NCBI GenBank assembly: GCA_028534125.1
Contig: CM052816.1
Location: 92,754,001 to 92,818,000, forward strand
Direction of reading: 5' to 3'
From: Lama glama
Lineage: Eukaryota
DNA: 64,000 nt
The position numbers and the translations under genes are program-made. Numbering within the stretch: the first letter of the stretch is position 1; every line of letters begins with the position of its first letter. Below the pieces are notes generated by a model. The model was not told the DNA's origin and did not search any database. It was given only the letters and a program-made list of their open reading frames with translations. Of the stretch, positions 13,231 to 25,360 are shown one piece after another.

Positions 13231-16200
13231 TGTATGTGTGTATGTATGTACACATACACAAACACACAGGGCTTAATAGAACAGCCTTCACCTATGGAAC
13301 AATGCCCGAGCACTTTCCATGGGTGACATCACCCAGTCCTCCCCTCCTGGGAGGCTGGCACCCTGGCCACTCAGTGTGGCCCCTGGGCACAGAGAAAGCT
13401 CTGCTCGTGATGGCCAGCTGTCAGCATCAGAGGCTCCTGCATACACAGGTTCTGTATATCTGTTGCTCCCGAATGTTCTCTGACACCAGAGGCAGCACTG
13501 TGCAGTGACATTTTCAGGGACGAGGGCTTTATGGAGATCCATGCTTCCCCTGCAGGGCCTACCCAGGACCGCGCTCTGCAGCTCTGAGCAGAGACACAAC
13601 AGGGCCTCGGTGCTGGACGGCACGGACGGCACATCATGCTTTATTAAACACGTTTTTAAGCACCGAGTCTGTCTTCTTATTTATTGTCCCTAGAGTCGTG
13701 AAGACAATTACCTCTCGAGTTTGGTAAGTGGGTCTGCAGGTGGCAGTGCCTCCCGACAGCTACACTTCACACTTCTGAAAGCTTTCCGCAGATGCCAGCA
13801 GGTAAAGGCATTTACCACACTCAGCATCCCAAAGGAACAAATGCGTTCCCGAATGCTCTGGGACACTAAACAGCACTCATTTAGTCTCACTTCCCATTTG
13901 ACACTTGAAGACAATGAGCCAGTACACGGTTTTCCCTCAGCACAGCGGGAGGGGCCAGGGGAGCCAGGCTAGCACACAGCCTCTCTGAGACCCAAGGCCA
14001 AGGCCTCCCCGTGAACAGAACCTACCCTGGACCCTTCTGCTGTGGAAGAAACAGACTCCCCGGTGTTAACAGACACTAACTCTGGGGCACTGCTCTGTGC
14101 CCACGGCAGCCCTGCAGTGAGGACACGACCTCACTCCTGCTTCATAAGCTAGGAAACTGCCACATTGAGGTGAAGGAACTAACCCAGCAGCCAGGAGAGC
14201 GCGACCGTCTGAACACTGAATGGCCCGGCCAGGGTCCTCTCAAGAGGGAAAACTGAGTCATTTAAACTGAGACTGGAAGTGGGGAGGGGCTGTCAGGTGA
14301 GGGGGCTGCTTTCGAGTCTGAAGAGCCTGGGCTCCTGTCTTCGGCCCACTGCCCCGTCTCTGCGGGCATCTCCCACTGGGCCCACTTCCCGGTCTGTGGG
14401 GAGGGGTACTAACCCCTTCAGTGAGGATACAAGGAGACACTGCAGAACCAGGCCAGGATGGCGGCCCGACTGCTTTCCTCGTTTTCTGGAGAAGTAAATT
14501 AAAACTGCATAATAGCCAGGACTCAGGAAACACAAGCGACTTTCAAAGGAGGATCAGATCCTCCTTTCCCTACCAGCCACAGCAGCTACAGCCCGGGTCT
14601 TACCGGAGACAGCCAGAGGCTGTACTTAGAATCTGGTTTAAAAAAAAGAGAGAGAGAGAGAGAGAGGTGGGTTTTCTTGAGCTTCGAAAAAACAGGAAAT
14701 GAGGAAAACACAAGCACTTCAGGCCTGAATTTCAGACGCGATGAAAGCATGGAGGTGCTTTGAGACCATGTGCTGTGCTCGGAGAATCCGCCCTGCAGAA
14801 GATGACTGAGTTCAGGAGCGACCAGGGTTGGGGGGGCGGGGGTTACAGAATTGGCCTGCTTAGCTTCTGAAGATCTAGAATGAATGTGCAAGGACTCATT
14901 GTTTTCCTGAAGTGCTGCCACACTTCTTTATCCTGGAAGGTGAGGTAATTACGCAGCACAGATAAAAAGCTGCTGACAGCAGTGATTCCTGGAGAACAAC
15001 TCTGAGACAGGTTACGTCTCTGGAAGGTGGTTTGAGCCCCAGGGGGACAAGCAGAGAGGTGAGAAGGCACCTGCGGGAAGATGCTATCCCAGAGCTGTAC
15101 TGCTTATAGTAAAGAAATCTTCTGTGCTCTGATGCCAGCTTCTTCTTTGAACCAGAATTTTCTTGCTTTACTGGATGCTTTATCCATAGCTTCTAAAAAG
15201 GAGCTTTAACTCAGATGACTATTTAGGAGATAAAAGAGAAGATGACTGTCAAAGAGCATCTTCCTTCCCCACAGTAACTGACAAAAAGTTTCGTGTGCAA
15301 AGGCATTTTTAACTTCTTTTTCAAAGCTCCTGCATGAACGTGCAACATGCCTGTGTCTGCCACACTCTAGATAGTCATTAGTGTGGAGTCAGTCAACAGG
15401 ATGTATCTACTCACGATCACTGTACAACACAGAAAAGGAATGGACGTTCAGATCAGTTACAAGGAGGTTCTTCGCTCTGTGAAACCGCGTGTAAGATGAT
15501 CCAGTGCTCACTGACGTGGCTACAGCAGCGCCCGGAACAGCCCGAGACAAGGGGTCCTGTGGCAGAGTCATGGTTCTGCAGAAGTCACACCGGCTGCACA
15601 ACTCGCTTCCACCAAGTAAACATGAGGCTCTTTTCAGGTTCCTCCTTCTCAGAATGCTAGAATTATTCTATAGAATAACCTATATTTGATACATTTAGTA
15701 CATGTGAAATGAAATCAACCACAAGACTTTCACTACTTCCTTTCTGAATCTCTATGTCACTTCACGCCACAACACTCTTTGGAAGAAGTTGATTGTAAGA
15801 AAAATTCATTAAATAAATGGCTAATTCAAAATCTTGACACTGAAGACAACTGAGAATTCATTTTACAAAGGATCCTTCAAAACACAACCCCAAGATACAT
15901 ACGAACCAATCTTACACTGTGAAAGGAAAATTTCTTTTCCCTAGAACCAAAGTTTGTTTCACCTTCGTATGTCTGAGAAAATGAAAAAAGCCTCCTTATT
16001 AAGCACTAAAGATGCCTCTGTTCCCATTTAAGGTGCCTCCAGAGCACATCCTGTCCAAAAAATACATACGTCTACAATACGACCTTAGACCTACTCTGCC
16101 GTAAGACTTCTACTATACTTTGTTTTGACAGAAAGCAGTCAGGCCAGAGGGAGGAGAGGGAGGTCGGTGAAGGCATGGGCCTCTCTTCCCTCTGCTACAG

Positions 16201-18639
16201 CAAGACTGCCGATCCTTCCTCTCAGGGAAGAGCCAGGCTGCTTTCCATGAATGAAGCAACCAACACAGAGCGTAACCGGGCTCGACACGGAGGCCCCGGT
16301 TGGTGTAGACCAGATCTGCTGCCCAGTTCCTTCTGGAGCTGCTTCATAGCCTAGGTCTCTTCTGGCTTAAAACACTATCCTCCTCCCCCCACCCTCCTCG
16401 AAGGAGCTTTATTAAACAAGGTGGGGGGTGCTGGAGAGAGAAGTCCATCCTATTTCTTCAGGCCTTACGGCCCCCTCTCCACCTCAGCAAATCTAATCTG
16501 TCTGATCGTCTAGGGCGGTTCCTCTGCCTGCACCATCTGATGGACTGAGGCAGAGAAACTCCTTCCAGAGCCAGCCTGCGGTGGTCCAGTGATGCATGAT
16601 GCCCACACGGGCTGGTGTGCGCGGGGTTCCAGCTCCATCATCGACCCCTCAGGGCCTATCTCACACACACTGAGGTGGACACGCATCTGTGGACAGAAGG
16701 GATCAGAGATTTTCGCTCTAGAGCGAGCAGAGAGGCATTACGTGAGTGGCTGATCCCAGTTGAGACCCACTACAACCTACTGATGGACGCCCACCCCAGG
16801 CCTCAGCATGTCGCTGTGCACCTGCTTCCTGCAGTGTCATCACACACAGATGCATGAAGCTGGACAGCCAGCAACAGGGGGAGGCAGGTAAAGTGGCACA
16901 ACACTCCAACCGGTATCCAAAAAACAGCAGAATGGAGAGCTGTTCTTTAAGAGAAGGGAGGGTCTGTAAATATTTTGGGCCCGAAGGAAAAGCAGCAAAG
17001 AGAGAGAATCTGGAGATGGTAGGGAAAGAGGCCAGACCTGCAGGGCCAGGGCTGGCAGTGGGGCAGGAGGACTGCAGGCAGAGAGGACTGGGGAGAGGAG
17101 GGCACGGCCAGGTACAGGGCGGAGAGCTCAGGGCCCGCCCCCGGGAAAACTGAGGGGAAAAAAGAGCACATTTTTCACATTTCTTCGGCTACAGAGGAGA
17201 GGGGTCGGCAGAGAGGAGAGGCTGGGTGTCTGCACGGGGCTCCCCGGGGCCCAGCCATCACTCCAGCCTCACAGGCCAGGTGGCCGTACTGCCCAATGAT
17301 CTGAACTGTTGACCCCCAAGCCTGCTGCCTCTAACGTCCTCTTCTTTCTGTGTCACCAAGCTGAATTCTACCAATCTGCGAGTGTTGGCTTACAGAGCAA
17401 GAACCACCAGGCCCTCTCTGACAGGGAGCCACGCCCCTTCAGGAGGTCTGGGCCTGGCCCCTAGTGCCTGGCAGAATGCCTAACACATGATGATGATGAT
17501 GATGATAGGAAAACCAGGAGGAGGGAAACTGGGTGCAGATGTTTGCAAAGTGGGCAAAAGGTGTTGGTATTTAAGGTTTTTTGTTTTCATGCTCAGTTCA
17601 GATTGTGCTTAAGGACGTTCAGTTTAAGGGAAAGAAGGTCAGGTCCCCTTAGGATCCCAGGGACAATGCGCAAACGCAGACGATGAGAAGGAAGCTGTGG
17701 AACTCTGCTGGGGAGAGGCGGGAGCAGACAAGCCCCTGACTTTCTCTGAGCCGAGGCCAAAAGCAGGCCTCCGCTCAGGGTGCCACTGTACCCCGTGGCT
17801 TACCCTGGAAACTTAAAGGCAGACACGTTTCCTACAAAGAAAGTGTCTCATTCTTGCTGCCCCCTGAGCACTCGTGCTGACAGCTCTGCTGGTCATGTCA
17901 GATCTGAGGAGGTAAGTTCCCCATCAAGACAGGGCAAGGTTAGCTACAGAAGGTATTTCCCTAATTTAGAACAGAACTCCCTGCACAGGAGTTGGAGGGA
18001 AGGGTGCTGGACGTACATGGGGACACTCCGTAGACCAGCACCTTCCCTCTCGAGCACGGTCAGGAAGGCTCCAGGAAGGGGCCAGGGCGGTCGAGCCCAC
18101 GGTCACGGGTGAACTTGCTACTCAGGGCAGGAGCCTCCTCTGGGGCTTGGCTGTTTGCTGTCCCGCCTCCTGGGTCCTTTGGTGCCTAACATCTTCGCTC
18201 AAAGGATCCAAATTTCACATCCATCCCCAAACCACATGGCTACAGCAGTAGCTTATCTTATGGAAAAAATTAAGGGAAGATAAGAGCACATTTTCCACAT
18301 TTCTTCTGCTCCCAGGGAAAGGCAAAATATTTTCCAGCCAGCATAAGTAGGGAGATCACAAAGAATGTAGCTAAGGAAAATCCAGAGGAAAAGCCACATC
18401 CAGGGGTGTGGCCAGGCTGCCTTTTCCAAAGCGGGAGAGTGGGGACTGCCATTTTGCATATGAAGGCTTGTAAAAAGGGTAACTTGTTAAGGTCATCTTC
18501 ACTGAACAGGACTGAAGTCCAGGCCGTTCTCTTATCCCACGATTCCACCTCGCACACGTTCCCCGACTCACCCAGCGCACAACTGACCCCTCCGTCATAA
18601 GAAACCCACAGACACCAGCTGTGCTTTGCTTCTGCTCTT

Positions 18640-19860
18640 TCTGTGTTAGAAATGTTGAGACTATGTTGTTAGACGTACATCAATGGTCTTCCTTTTATAA
18701 CTGAAGGTTTTCTTTATTTCTAACAATGTTTTTATGCCTTCAGGTCTATTTGCCTCATACCAACATCCCTGCACCAGTTTCCATTTGGTTAACATCTGCC
18801 TGGTGGACCTTTCTTCTAATGCTTTACATACTTTCCAACTTCCTGCGCATTGAGGTTTGAGGTGTGCCCTTGGAAAACAATACACAGCATGATTTTCCAC
18901 GAACTATTCAATCAGAGACTCTTTCTCTTAGCAAGTATAATCTACTTTGCATTTACTGTAATTCCCACTCTTCGTGGACAAATTACTGCATCTCATTTTG
19001 TGATTTTCTAACATGATTTTTGTTCTTCTCCTTCGTTTTGCTTCCACTGGACCCGTTTTCATGAGTTTTTATCTATCTGGTTTTCTCTTTCTTTTCCCTT
19101 TATACTCATGGGAAGGGGTGCTTTCTACTCCTGTATTTTTAGGAGTCTTTCAAAGACGCAAACATGTACAGCTGAATTTACAAATCTTAGATAAATGCGC
19201 CTCCTACCACTCTCCTTGGGACCCCTCTCTGTCCTCCGTGCTCAAGTGCTCTGCTGCTTGGCTCCTTCTTGTTTTAACTCTGCCCCCAAATCCATCGCCT
19301 TTTGTCTAACGGGTCAATCCTTTGATTCACAAACATATTTACCGAACTCTGTGCCCAGTCCTTTCTTCTTGTAGCTCCTTTTTTATTCACTTAAGTCATT
19401 CATTCAACAAATACTGCTGCACGCTTACCTGCACCAGGTAGCCTTGTTCTCAGCGCTAGAGACAGAGACAGAACCAAACAAAGTCCTTGTTTTCATGGTG
19501 CTGATGTTACGGTGGGTGCTTCCACTACCCTGACTAAACTGAACGCTCCAGCTCTTTGGCAAGTATCTGAGTGGTGAACTCTCTCAGTCTCAGTCTATGT
19601 ATTTCATCCTGACTGTTGAGTGATTGTTCCGCTGGGTGTGGTTCAGAGGTACTTTCCCTCAGGACTGCACTCCACTGTCTTCCACAATCTGTGGTTCCTG
19701 GTGAGAAGTCAGCTGTCTTCCTCAAAGTCATTCTCGCAGGTGTGATTTTGTCATTTCTTTCTTCTCGTTGTTAAGACTTTGCCTTTGGTGTTCCTCAGTT
19801 TTACCATAATATGTCTCAATTTGCATTCACCCTACAACTTCTTTTTAAAAGAACTTTTAC
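18640..19860 (-). mobile_element. Very old L1M fragments, interrupted by an L2 piece
   Basis: T-rich, with CTGCACTCCACTGTCTTCC...TGAGAAGTCAGCTGTC typical of antisense ancient L1. Confidence 0.5.
19380..19515 (-). mobile_element. L2 3' end
   Basis: TCATTCATTCAACAAATAC...AAAGTCCTTGTTTTCATGG. Confidence 0.7.
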
Positions 19861-19877
19861 CCTACCTCCTATAGCTT

Positions 19878-19878
<1 letters not shown>

Positions 19879-19913
<35 letters not shown>
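19879..19913. repeat. (TA)n microsatellite
   Basis: Direct reading. Confidence 0.95.
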
Positions 19914-19916
<3 letters not shown>

Positions 19917-20039
19917 ATGTTATGGTCATTGCTCCCTCCTTCACTCATCTTTCTTTCAAAACACAAAAACACAAAACAAAATGAAAGGCACATTTGCCAA
20001 ACAGCAGTGAGTTCTGGAAAGCCCTGGGCTGGGTACCTT

Positions 20040-20215
20040 ACATGATGCAACCACACACACATACTTTACTTCTCTCAAGCAGCCCTCACTGTGCCTATTT
20101 TTCAGATGAAAAAGTTAAACCGCAGGAAGGCTAAGAAACTTTTCCAAAGTCACACAGCTGGTTAGCATTGCAGACGACAATACTGGAACGCCACAAACCC
20201 CAGGCTCTGAATATA
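20040..20215 (-). mobile_element. MIR SINE
   Basis: Core CCTATTTTTCAGATGAAAAAGTT...CCAAAGTCACACAGCT. Confidence 0.7.
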
Positions 20216-20621
20216 CCACAACCCCTACCTCCCGTTTCGAAGCACATCTTTTAAAACAGAAGTAACAAAGGGACAAGTCATGCTAGCCCATCGCTACAGA
20301 AATGCAAGAAGGACTGTTAATTTCTGACCACGAACTGGAATTTCACAAGCTAGTCAATAGACACTGGCACAATAAATATGGCAAAAACATCTAAGACATT
20401 CTTCAGGTTCAAGAACATCACATTTCACAACAAGGTCAATGGACTAAACCATCTTTCTGCCCAGACACTGACAACCGCACTCCGAAATTCAGGCATCACT
20501 TCTGAGTCACCTTCAGACACTGCCGGCTACGGCTAACTCATCTCAGATGGTGTCAAAACTGCAATTCAAAACTAACCATGTAGGTGTTTACGGGAAAAGA
20601 CAGTACAAGCCATCGTTTTAC

Positions 20622-20744
20622 CTGTGCTACTTCCTCGAAATCTTCATGACGTTTCTGCAAAGCTCGGGCCCGATGAAGAGACTTCCCCACACCTGTGTGT
20701 TTGCTCAGAAATGCTTCTCCGTGGTTCTCAATCCAGTCCAGTAC
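20622..20744 (-). CDS. TRIO: TRIO coding exon (~exon 10, 123 nt): VLDWIENHGEAFLSKHTGVGKSLHRARALQKRHEDFEEVAQ
   Basis: Not in the ORF track; translated by hand. Acceptor GTTTCCTTGTAG|GTA, donor CAG|GTAAAA. Confidence 0.96.
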
Positions 20745-21641
20745 CTACAAGGAAACACAGACACAGACGCCATAAAAACAACGGCCGCCTTGGGCTAACC
20801 GTGGAAGATGCATTCTGTTACCAAAGCTCTGTAAGAAACAAGAAGCAAAGGAGAAAACAAAATTGTGAGCAATGGGACACTAGTTTAACAGGTTAAGAAT
20901 TAGATCTGCCAGCTTTCCCACCATGATTTTAATCAGCTCTTACTTAAACAGCGCAAATCTGTGTGCATATAAATGTTACATACAACGATGATTAAATTAA
21001 ATCTCACTTCGTCTAACGCATGACTAAGCCACAACACGGCCTGGCTTTTGTATAAGACAGTAGTTATCAAGCCACAGAGGACCAATTTAACTTAACATTT
21101 TTATATGGTTCAAAGCTTCAGAACTCAGGCAGTTCAAGTTTAACTACAGAGTTAATGTTTTTCTGTCTCTTCTTTATAAGATTCAAAACATATAAGTAAA
21201 ACCCAAGAAAACAAAACACTTAAATGCCTCTATGTCTTTAAGGATAATTTATTCTACAAACCAAGCTGTTGTGAAAGCTAAACATTCCATGAATTTAATT
21301 ACTTACAAGTTCTTGTTAGTTGAAATCTACTAAAGAAAAAGAGTAAAAGTAAAGTAGGGTGACCTGATGTTTTTAAGTTCATTCTGGGACTAAGCAGTTC
21401 TTTGGCTATTTTACTTGAGAAATCGCAAAGCACTGACAACATCAAACAAAATATTTACACTACATCAAACATACATTTTGTCTCTTTCTGCTGGAGAGTG
21501 GGTAACAGCAAAAAACTAAGCCAGTGACATCTGTAGCTAAAACTTATACTAAAAGAAATTATTTAAGACCTATGTTAAGTATCTGAAGACATTCGTTAAC
21601 ATGCTGCAAAGTACTGTAGGCTGCCTCGCACTCTGTAATTA

Positions 21642-21655
21642 GTAACCATGGTAAC
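21642..21655. promoter_or_regulatory. Candidate RFX X-box
   Basis: GTAACCATGGTAAC matches GTNRCC-N2-RGYAAC. Motif match only. Confidence 0.45.
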
Positions 21656-21796
21656 TAAGCCTACAGAGCAAACCGATCCTGGACTAAAGAACCCACTGAG
21701 GCCTTACAGCTAGGACCGTGGTCTAGAGGGCAGCCTGGAAGTGGACCAGTCACAGCACTCCACTAACAGCAAAATTACAGAGGCCTCAGGGTGGGG

Positions 21797-21972
21797 GTGT
21801 AACTTACAGCGTGGTGAACATAGTTAGTAGTAACTTTGTATGGGGACAGATGGATACTAAATTTGTCATGGAGATCATTTCATAACATATGCAAATGTCA
21901 AATCACTATTTAGTACATCTGACAGTAACATAATATTGCCTGTCAACTATTTCAGTTAAAAAAAAATAAACA
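21797..21972 (+). mobile_element. 5'-truncated L1 3' end
   Basis: TACAGCGTGGTGAAC...GATCATTTCATAACATATGCAAATGTCAAATCACTA...TCAACTATTTCAGTT followed by an A tail. Confidence 0.75.
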
Positions 21973-24900
21973 AAAGGGGCCTTAATGTGAGGTTCATCGC
22001 TACAAAAAGGATCCTGTGCCCTTTGTTACCCGCACTGCAGAGAGATCAGCTGTGCTGACAGATATCCAGGGAAAAAAGAGGCAGCTGGTAGGACCAGAGC
22101 CTGCTGTCCACCTCAATTTGTCCCCCTCTGCTCCAAACAGAGGGTCCTTTTTCCACAGGGTTTAGCAAAGTTGGCAGCACATTTAAATAAAATGGCTTGC
22201 GAACCTGAATAAATCTCTGGGAATCCTCTGTAAAGACCCCTGTAGCATGAGCAGAGGTGTGTGTGAGTGTGTGCACATGCGTGCACATGTGGGAGGGTCG
22301 GGTAGGTATGGAAGTCTGGCCCTGGGCGGGTGTTCGGGCTAAAGGTATATGTTTACCTTATTCTTACAGTTCATTTCTGAATCGCTCTATCACCACCACC
22401 ACTCTGCTAGTCACCCGGGGTCACAGAGTAATTCCTACTAGATCCATGTGTATTGTCAGTCACCTCAGCCTTCCAGTCCTCCCAGTCCTCCCAAAAGCTC
22501 CCTCGTTAACCCTTCATTTCTGGCCCCCTGCACCACAGACATCCAGCATCCTTTCTGAGCTGCAGCTTCCTACCTGCTCAGTGGTGACAATAACGGTGGA
22601 GGACTGTGAGTTTTCAATGAAATTTACGTTAAGCACCTTACTGTCCCCACATGGTGAGTACAGCACGTGAGCCAACCCCACCCATAAACCATAGCCCCCA
22701 CCCATAACCCCTCATCCATAAACCATAACCCATGGGGGCTTCCATCTAGCATTAAGTGCTTTGACAGCACAGGTTATGGACATTCCATTGCTTTTTAACC
22801 AGTGCATTTAGTACATTATTCTTCTTTCTTGAGATTAAAAAGAGAGAAAGAGAGATCTTTCATACTACCATTAGTAAATAATCACGTTCACCACCTGACG
22901 TCTAGGCTGACATCCAACTGCTGAGCTGTTTGTGGGCCAGTCTCTTAGTGCCTATTATAAAACACAAGTCCCGTTTCACTTCTAGAGAAATGCCCAATGA
23001 CAGCTTTAAGATGTCTCAACTTCAAAGAATGGATACAGTTAACCGAATGTGCCTCTAGGCAGGAGGCCAGTACCAGGCAGAAGACAAGGACCAACTACAT
23101 GAAGCCTGAAAAGAGCTGAGAGGTATCTAAGTTATACGTATGCTATCAGATCTGCGTGAAGGGGCTGGGAGACGTCCTTTTAACTACAACTGTAGCATAT
23201 TCTATATATTCCTCAACAATACCTTAAAAAGAAAAAAACCAAGGTTTGGTAAACAGCAAACCTGATGACTACTGATGGTGATTACTGATACTTGCCCTCA
23301 CGTCTCCTTCAAGTCTCAATACAGTCTTGAAGTAAGGGAACAACTTCAAAAAGTAAAAAGTAAACACTATTTGGTAGAAAGTGCTAGAGGAAGCAAAATA
23401 CAGCCTTTCTGAAAAAATAAAACTTTGTTTTTTAAGCCTAAGAAAAGTGCTTCAGGAAGCAGAAGAAATAAAAGCTATTATGAACCAACCACTGAGGGTT
23501 ACAAAAGGGTTACGATTTTTGTTTTATTAGTGGTTCCTTTAGACAGAACTGTAAATACCAGGTGAAATCTCAACAAACAAGAAAGTAGTTCAAAGAAGAG
23601 TGTACAAATTCCAAGCGCTGTTTAAAAACAGTAGCAGACAATTATGAAATCGAGCTCATATTCAAAACCAAACTTGCCCACGAGGCTTCTGCTTCTCTTA
23701 AGTCTGAGAACATTCCCCCAACTGCCAAGGAATCCTGAACAACTAGACCTGTCCAAGGAGCATTTGAAAGACAAGCTTGTGGACTCTTTCCATTTAGAAC
23801 AGGAAAATATCTGCACATCAGGGGCTCCATCCAGCTAGTCCGGCTGGCCCCCTCCCGACCTCAGCAGTGGTGGCAGCTGTCACCTCCCTGCCTTGTGACC
23901 TCCAGGCCAGCCCAGGACCTGCTGCTCTGCTGCTGGCTCGAGGAGAAGGGCAAAAGCCGGTCCTCCCCGTGGGCTACCTGGTTGTCAGGCAGGAGCAGGG
24001 CTGGAGGGCCAACGTCGCCTCCTCCCTGCTCAGAGGAAGTGAGACAAGCCTGGTCCTCTGTACACCAGCGCCTTCTAATGGGCACCAAGATCGCCCCAAG
24101 ATCAAGGTCGTTCCAAAGCGAGCCACCAACACTTTAAACACAGATAACCATCTCAGCAGCTAAGGCAAAATGTCAGGAAACCTCACAGGTTGTTGAGTTT
24201 CACTCCCCACTTGTCACGTAACTGCAAGAGTGAGCATGATGATGGCACGTCTGATCTGCTCATTTCTTCACTGGAAACTGCAGTCTGCCTGAGCCCTGGC
24301 CACTGAGGCAGGCTAGGACCTACACCATCGGTCCTCACAGAGAGCTGGGCTGGGGGCCGCATCATGACCCTGGGCCACAGATGAAGACACAGGGCCAAGG
24401 ACCCTCGGCCACCATGGGGAAGAGCCAGTCTGTGGACCTGGGCCCGGAGGCAAGGTCCATCCTCTGAACCTCCAGTCTGCGCGGCCTCTTTTCCTCACCG
24501 GGCACGGCAGGTATGCAGGCAGCATGCGGAGGTCTGGAAGGAAAGAGCTGTTTCTGCTTCAGAACAGTTGAGGCTGTTGGGTAAAACACCCTGATGAAGT
24601 GACACTATTATGACAGACAGCAAAACGGGGGGTAGGTGAGCCAGCACACACAACCACACCAGGACCAAATGCCTCAGGAACTGGCCACTGGCGCCTTCCA
24701 CCTCCATCACGAGGAAGGGCCTGGCCATCCAGTGCAACCTGTCTCTAAAGTAATTTTCTGTCATCAGCCCCCACTACCTAATTTTCACTAAGTTTTGTGG
24801 ATTAATATTTCTAAGTAATCACTATTTAAGAATTTATGACTAAATACTAAACCCTAGTCAAATGGGAGACTCATTCTCAAGGACCTCCATTTCAATAACA

Positions 24901-25049
24901 CACAATGTACAGAACAACGTAATGACATTTTTCCTTGAAAATACACAGCTGTTTATTTCAAGTATGTACTAGAACACTACCATGCACCACATCACTGTCT
25001 CCAGCATCACTTACTGAGAGATCATTCTGTGCTGTGCTTGGGAGAGAAA

Positions 25050-25360
25050 TACAGGTTCATAACTCCTTTTTCACAAAAAGCTAAAAAAGCTCTGAAATTC
25101 CAAATATTTTTTCAAGACTTGGTCACAAAAATTAATTGGCAGTAAAGACCTGACCTGAGGCTATTAATAGTCTTTATCGATCCCTTTAGTGTGAGTCCCT
25201 GTACATTTGGTTGCAGAAATCTCCATGCACTTGACCGTTGGGGGAGGGGGGGCGGCTCTCAGATCCCCCTAGAGTATTACATATCACAGTGCATGTGCTC
25301 TGTTATCTTTCTCAACTTTGAGAAATTCTTAATTCCAAAACACATTTCTCCCCAAGAAAG
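25050..25360. mobile_element. Ancient DNA-transposon-like relic (TcMar-Tigger-like; subfamily uncertain)
   Basis: Starts TA-CAGG and resembles old Tigger MITEs as remembered; the right end is not resolved. Confidence 0.4.

Noticed and set aside
20736..20750. Recursive splice site at the start of exon 10 (TAG|GTACTG)
   Set aside because: It starts with GT but matches the donor consensus poorly at +4, much more weakly than the exon 9 case.
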